DNA from: Bdellovibrionota bacterium
GTDB taxonomy: Bacteria; Bdellovibrionota_C; UBA2361; OMIW01
Assembly (NCBI GenBank): GCA_044235645.1
Contig: JBIIHQ010000004.1
Coordinates: 185,562-249,561 of the forward strand
Direction: 5' to 3'
Length of the DNA: 64,000 bases
Below the pieces are notes generated by a model. It saw only the letters and a program-made list of their open reading frames with translations. It was not told the DNA's origin and did no database searches. Shown here piece by piece: positions 59,808-64,000 of this stretch; within the stretch, counting starts at the first letter, position 1, and every line of letters begins with the position of its first letter. Made by a program: the position numbers and the translations under genes.

Positions 59808-61025
59808 ATGCCATCAGTTTGTTTTTACTTTCAGGTCCATCAACCGTTTCGGCTCCGGCCCTTCTCTTATTTTGACTCTTCTCCCCAGCTATCATACTTC
59901 GACGATCAGAAAAATGGGGAAATAGCCCGTAAAGTAGCGGAAAAATGCTACATTCCGACCAATCGGTTGATGCTTGAACTGATTGACCGGCATCAGGGTG
60001 ATTTTAAGATCTCATACTCGATAACTGGCGTCGCGATTGAGCAGATGGAGCGATACACTCCCGAGGTGCTCGAGCTTTTTTGTCAGTTAGCGAAGACAGG
60101 GTGCGTTGAGTTTATTGGGGAAACCTACTATCACTCCCTGGCGGCGTTATACGATCCAGCGGAATTTCGGGAGCAGGTTGCGCGACATCAGTCAATCACG
60201 GAAGCTCTATTCGGGCAGCGACCGACGGTCTTTCGAAACACCGAGTTGATATTCTCTGACGATATCGCTCGACTAGTGGCCCCGCTCGGATTCAAGGCGA
60301 TTATTGCCGAGGGAGCGGATGACATCCTCGGATGGCGCAGCCCGAACTTCGTTTATGACAGCGCGGCGGCACCGATTAAGTTGCTCCTCAAAAACTACCG
60401 ACTCTCGGATGACGTTGCTTTTCGATTCTCAAATCGGGGGTGGGCTGAATGGCCTCTGACGGCGGACAGATACGCTCATTGGATTCATCAGGTGAGTGGT
60501 AACGGGGACACCGTCAACCTTTTTATGGACTACGAGACCTTTGGTGAGCATCAGTGGAGTTGTACGGGCATTTTTGATTTCATGCGCTCGTTGCCTTCAA
60601 TGGTAAAGCAGCATCCCGACTGGAAGTTTAGCACACCGAGTGAGGTTATCGACCAGTACCCATCAGTGGCACCGATGTCTTTTCATCGGTTGACCTCGTG
60701 GGCAGATATCGAGCGCGATATCACGGCGTGGCGAGGGAACAGGATGCAGGAACAAGCCTTTGATATGTGCTATGATCTCGGGTCTGAGGTCAAATGGCAG
60801 CAGGATGGAGCGTTGCTCGATGCATGGCGAAAGCTTCAGACCTCCGACCACTTTTACTACATGTGCACCAAATGGTTTGCAGATGGCGATGTGCATGCCT
60901 ACTTCAGTCCGTATGCAAGCCCCTACGATGGCTTCGTGAACTACATGAATGTGTTCCGTGACTTTCGTGATCAGGTTGTCGCTCGTGCAGGAGGACGACA
61001 GGTTAAACGGGCGGTCGCAGGGTAG
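59808..61025 (+). CDS. glycoside hydrolase family 57 protein (alpha-amylase/branching-enzyme-like)
   Basis: The GH57 N-terminal signature FQVHQPFRL together with conserved catalytic-region blocks (WDGEN-like MDYETFGEH). Confidence 0.78.
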   Translation: MPSVCFYFQVHQPFRLRPFSYFDSSPQLSYFDDQKNGEIARKVAEKCYIPTNRLMLELIDRHQGDFKISYSITGVAIEQMERYTPEVLELFCQLAKTGCVEFIGETYYHSLAALYDPAEFREQVARHQSITEALFGQRPTVFRNTELIFSDDIARLVAPLGFKAIIAEGADDILGWRSPNFVYDSAAAPIKLLLKNYRLSDDVAFRFSNRGWAEWPLTADRYAHWIHQVSGNGDTVNLFMDYETFGEHQWSCTGIFDFMRSLPSMVKQHPDWKFSTPSEVIDQYPSVAPMSFHRLTSWADIERDITAWRGNRMQEQAFDMCYDLGSEVKWQQDGALLDAWRKLQTSDHFYYMCTKWFADGDVHAYFSPYASPYDGFVNYMNVFRDFRDQVVARAGGRQVKRAVAG

Positions 61026-61079
61026 GATGATAATCATGGGTAGATAGCGAAGAGCTACCAGATGTAAAGGGGGCTAACG

Positions 61080-61319
61080 ATGATCCCGCCGGCAGATGTA
61101 AAAGAAAAACTGGCTCAAGAGTTTCCGGGAGCAGTGATTGAAATAGCTGATCTCACGGGGGGTATGGATCATTACCGCATTGTTATTGAGTGGAGCGGAT
61201 TTTCCGGATTGTCCTCAGTCGCGCGTCATCGTCTGGTACACTCAGCGCTTCGAGAGGAGCTCAAGGGTCCGATTCATGCGATTACGCTTCAGTTGAGTGA
61301 GGGAGCGTTGGCAAGATAG
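61080..61319 (+). CDS. BolA-family protein
   Basis: 79 aa with the BolA core (HYRIVIEWSGFSGLSSVARHRLVHSALREEL...IHAITLQ). Confidence 0.72.
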   Translation: MIPPADVKEKLAQEFPGAVIEIADLTGGMDHYRIVIEWSGFSGLSSVARHRLVHSALREELKGPIHAITLQLSEGALAR

Positions 61320-61363
61320 TCATCATTCGTTAGCAAGCAGGATTACGGGAACGGAGGTAGTGC

Positions 61364-61687
61364 GTGTCGGCAGAGAGAAATGTTCAGGAAGAGATAGAGC
61401 AGATTGTTAAGGGGAGCCGTGTGGTCCTTTTTATGAAGGGTACGCCAAACCGCCCCATGTGTGGCTTCTCGGCGCGAGCGGCTGCGATTCTTGCTGAATA
61501 CGGAGTGTCATTTCGCGCGGTCGACGTACTGCAGGATGAGGAGATCCGGAACGGCATTAAAGAGTTCGCAGATTGGCCGACGATCCCACAGCTTTTCGTT
61601 GCAGCAGAGTTTATTGGTGGTTCCGACATAATGGCGTCGCTGCACGAGTCAGGAGAATTACGGGGATTGTTGATTGAAGAGGGGTGA
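61364..61687 (+). CDS. grxD: monothiol glutaredoxin (Grx4 family, CGFS)
   Basis: CGFS active site (RPMCGFSARA) and the WPTIPQLFV...GGSDI motif. Confidence 0.88.
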   Translation: MSAERNVQEEIEQIVKGSRVVLFMKGTPNRPMCGFSARAAAILAEYGVSFRAVDVLQDEEIRNGIKEFADWPTIPQLFVAAEFIGGSDIMASLHESGELRGLLIEEG

Positions 61688-61693
61688 GCTGCG

Positions 61694-63964
61694 TTACCTC
61701 GTTAAATATCTGGCCACGAGGGCGGTCCATCCAGTTTGGTGGGACGCGCCTAATCCGCGACCGTTGTCGCCATGAAAGTATTCATAGAAAAGGATGAGGT
61801 CTTGCCAATCGGGGTTTTGGTGGTAAAGCGAGCAATCGCCATGTGCGGGAATGCGACCGTCATTTCCTCTCTGAAAAAGGCGAGCGTGTCGTCGTGATAA
61901 TTCTTGAGCGGCGTGTTTAAGAGTAACTCGGTTGCCTGAGCCGGTGGGAAAGTCAACGAGGAACTCATCACCATAGAAGTGATGGTACCGTTCGAGCGCT
62001 TCAATTATTAGATAATTTATCGGAAACCACACGGGACCGCGCCAATTTGAATTACCCCCGAACATGTTAGTACTCGATTCGGCCGGAGCGTAATCGACCC
62101 GAAACTCCTGCGTGCCAAATCGCATGATGTAGGGGTATTCCTGGTGAATCTTGGACATCGAGCGGATCCCGTACGGAGAGAGAAACTGCTCCTCATCAAA
62201 AAGATGGTACAAAACGCGGCGAAGCTGACGCTCGGAAGGGATTGCGAGAAGGTACATTCCGTCAAGAGAACCTGCAACCTCTGAGCGATATGAGAGGTGT
62301 CCGGCTAGATCAGGTCGATTCTCGAGGAACCACCGCATCCTTTTGTCGAAACCGGGTAGCTGCTTGATCACGGCTTCCTCGAGCACTTCGACTGCGAGGA
62401 TCGGTATCAATCCTACCAAGGATCTGACCCGCAACGGGATCGGCTTTCCCTCTGATTGGAGCTGATCGTAGTAAAATCCATCAAGTTCATCCCAGAGTCC
62501 AGTGCCACCTAGTCGATTGATTGAATCGGTAATTGCCACAAAATGCTCAAAGAACTTCGATGCGATATCTCCGTACACTCCGTTGTATGATGCCAGTTCG
62601 AGAGATATCGAGAGCATCGTTGCGCAGTAAAATGCCATCCATGCGGTTGCATCTGCCTGCTCGAGTGACTCTCCCGTTGGTAGGGGGGCTGAACGATCAA
62701 ATACTCCGATATTGTCGAGGCCGAGAAAACCGCCACTAAAAAGGTTATCGCCGTTGGCATCCTTGCGGTTGATCCACCAGGTAAAGTTGAGCAGCAGCTT
62801 GTGAAATGTACGTTCGAGAAATCCTCGGTCCCTTTTCCCCGGTTTTGCGGTCATCTTATAAACCCGCCAACACGCCCACGCATGGACTGGAGGATTGACA
62901 TCGGAGAACGCAAATTCATAAGCAGGTATCTGCCCGTTCGGGTGCATATACCATTCGCGTAAAAAAAGGATAAGCTGCTGCTTCGCAAAGTCAGGGTCAA
63001 TCTTCGCAAACGGGATCATGTGGAATGCCAAATCCCATGCGGCGTACCACGGATATTCCCATTTATCGGGCATGCTGATGACGTCTCGATTGTAGAGATG
63101 TTGCCAGTCACGGTTGCGCACTCCCGCGCGCCCTTTGTCCGGGGGCGGTTGACTGGGGTCTCCTTCTACCCATTCGCGGACTGCATAGTAGTAAAATTGC
63201 TTTGTCCAAAGGAGCCCCGCATAGGCCTGGAGTGTAATTTCGGCATCCTCAGGATTTGTGGGTAGCTGATCTCTGTAAAACCGATCAAGCTCTTGGATCC
63301 TTGTCTCGAAGATGCGATCAAACTGCTCATCAAACAGAGCTTTTCCTCGCTCTGTTGACCTCACTAATCGGAGCCGGAATGTTACAGATTCTCCTGATGG
63401 GATAGTGTGAGAAAGGTGGAATGCGGCTTTTGTACCTTCGTGGGCCGCATTTATGACATCTCTTCGCCCACCGATGACATAATCGTGGAAGGCATCCTTG
63501 ACGTAGCGAGTCACACTGGGGACTCCGAAGAGTCGCTCTGCATTTGTTTCGTTCTCGGTAAAAAGAACGGAGAGGGGCCCGTTTTGAGGGTCTGAGTGAA
63601 ACTCGAACTTTTCAAGTGTGGGGTGATCAGCACGAATACTTCCGTCGGCGGAGAGCGAAAGATGAGGTTTGATGGTATACCCCTCGCCGGTCCTTCCCCA
63701 TGACCAGGTATTGCGAAACCATACGGTCGGGAGAACGTGCAGCGGGGCGGCGTCTGGACCACGGTTATGGGCGGTGATACGAATTAAGATGTCATCGACG
63801 GAGCTTTTTGCATATTCGACGAAAACGTCAAAGTAGCGGTTGTTGTCGAACGCTCCGGTATCGGTAATCTCAAATTCCCGATCGCCACGACGACGATATT
63901 GGTTTTCCTGGAAGAGCCGGGCGTACGGGAATGAGGTCTGTGGATACTTGTAAAGACCCTTCAT
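61694..63964 (-). CDS. (alpha/alpha)6-barrel glycoside hydrolase, GH63/MGH-like glucosidase family
   Basis: 756 aa. Blocks such as DKWEYPWYAAWDLAFHMIPFAKIDP and GLDNIGVFDRS resemble bacterial GH63-like (YgjK/MGH) enzymes. The frame stays open upstream to the window edge, so the true start may lie beyond 64000. Confidence 0.6.
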   Translation of the reverse strand: MKGLYKYPQTSFPYARLFQENQYRRRGDREFEITDTGAFDNNRYFDVFVEYAKSSVDDILIRITAHNRGPDAAPLHVLPTVWFRNTWSWGRTGEGYTIKPHLSLSADGSIRADHPTLEKFEFHSDPQNGPLSVLFTENETNAERLFGVPSVTRYVKDAFHDYVIGGRRDVINAAHEGTKAAFHLSHTIPSGESVTFRLRLVRSTERGKALFDEQFDRIFETRIQELDRFYRDQLPTNPEDAEITLQAYAGLLWTKQFYYYAVREWVEGDPSQPPPDKGRAGVRNRDWQHLYNRDVISMPDKWEYPWYAAWDLAFHMIPFAKIDPDFAKQQLILFLREWYMHPNGQIPAYEFAFSDVNPPVHAWACWRVYKMTAKPGKRDRGFLERTFHKLLLNFTWWINRKDANGDNLFSGGFLGLDNIGVFDRSAPLPTGESLEQADATAWMAFYCATMLSISLELASYNGVYGDIASKFFEHFVAITDSINRLGGTGLWDELDGFYYDQLQSEGKPIPLRVRSLVGLIPILAVEVLEEAVIKQLPGFDKRMRWFLENRPDLAGHLSYRSEVAGSLDGMYLLAIPSERQLRRVLYHLFDEEQFLSPYGIRSMSKIHQEYPYIMRFGTQEFRVDYAPAESSTNMFGGNSNWRGPVWFPINYLIIEALERYHHFYGDEFLVDFPTGSGNRVTLKHAAQELSRRHARLFQRGNDGRIPAHGDCSLYHQNPDWQDLILFYEYFHGDNGRGLGASHQTGWTALVARYLTR

Positions 63965-64000
63965 GTAAGCATGAGAAGGAAGTCCACGAAGGTAGTAATA

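Overview
This 64-kb window is a chromosomal segment from a moderately GC-rich (roughly low-to-mid 50s % GC) Gram-negative-type bacterium. It carries an LpxL-like lipid A acyltransferase, a TonB-dependent receptor, RlpA and MurA, and its operon structure does not look proteobacterial. Coding density is high and housekeeping genes dominate. On the minus strand sit panB-panD and rlpA-murA, on the plus strand nagZ and nth, and groES-groEL is preceded by an unusually long leader with no CIRCE element. prfA-prmC follows. A Fur/Zur-family regulator is divergent from a histidine-rich TonB-dependent receptor. Next come an RlmD-type rRNA methyltransferase and a minus-strand cluster of a DUF58 protein, a transglutaminase-like membrane protein, a TPR protein, a MoxR ATPase, an unknown membrane protein and a tail-anchored Ser/Thr kinase. 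After a 656-aa Cys-containing protein of unknown function come pssA, a Trm112-like small protein and a HelD-like UvrD-family helicase. A 10-gene complex I cluster nuoC-D-E-G-H-J-K-L-M-N lacks nuoA, nuoB, nuoF and nuoI locally. Directly after it lies an HU-family gene with a lysine/alanine-rich histone-H1-like N-terminal tail. Further on are a fused membrane cytochrome-b-like/HdrD-like (CCG) Fe-S oxidoreductase, xseA, an LpxL-type acyltransferase, an 838-aa hybrid sensor kinase and a GT39 membrane glycosyltransferase. The window ends with an alpha-glucan/glycogen-type cluster (glk, a GT4 glycosyltransferase, GH57 and a GH63-like hydrolase) that has a BolA/Grx4 pair embedded in it. I found no rRNA, tRNA, CRISPR array, transposase or integrase. 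The findings below are candidate regulatory sites and several gene neighbourhoods built around domain-less proteins that deserve a second look. Coordinates of hand-located short motifs may be off by 1-2 nt. Coordinates of coding sequences follow the supplied ORF track, with start codons refined by homology where noted.
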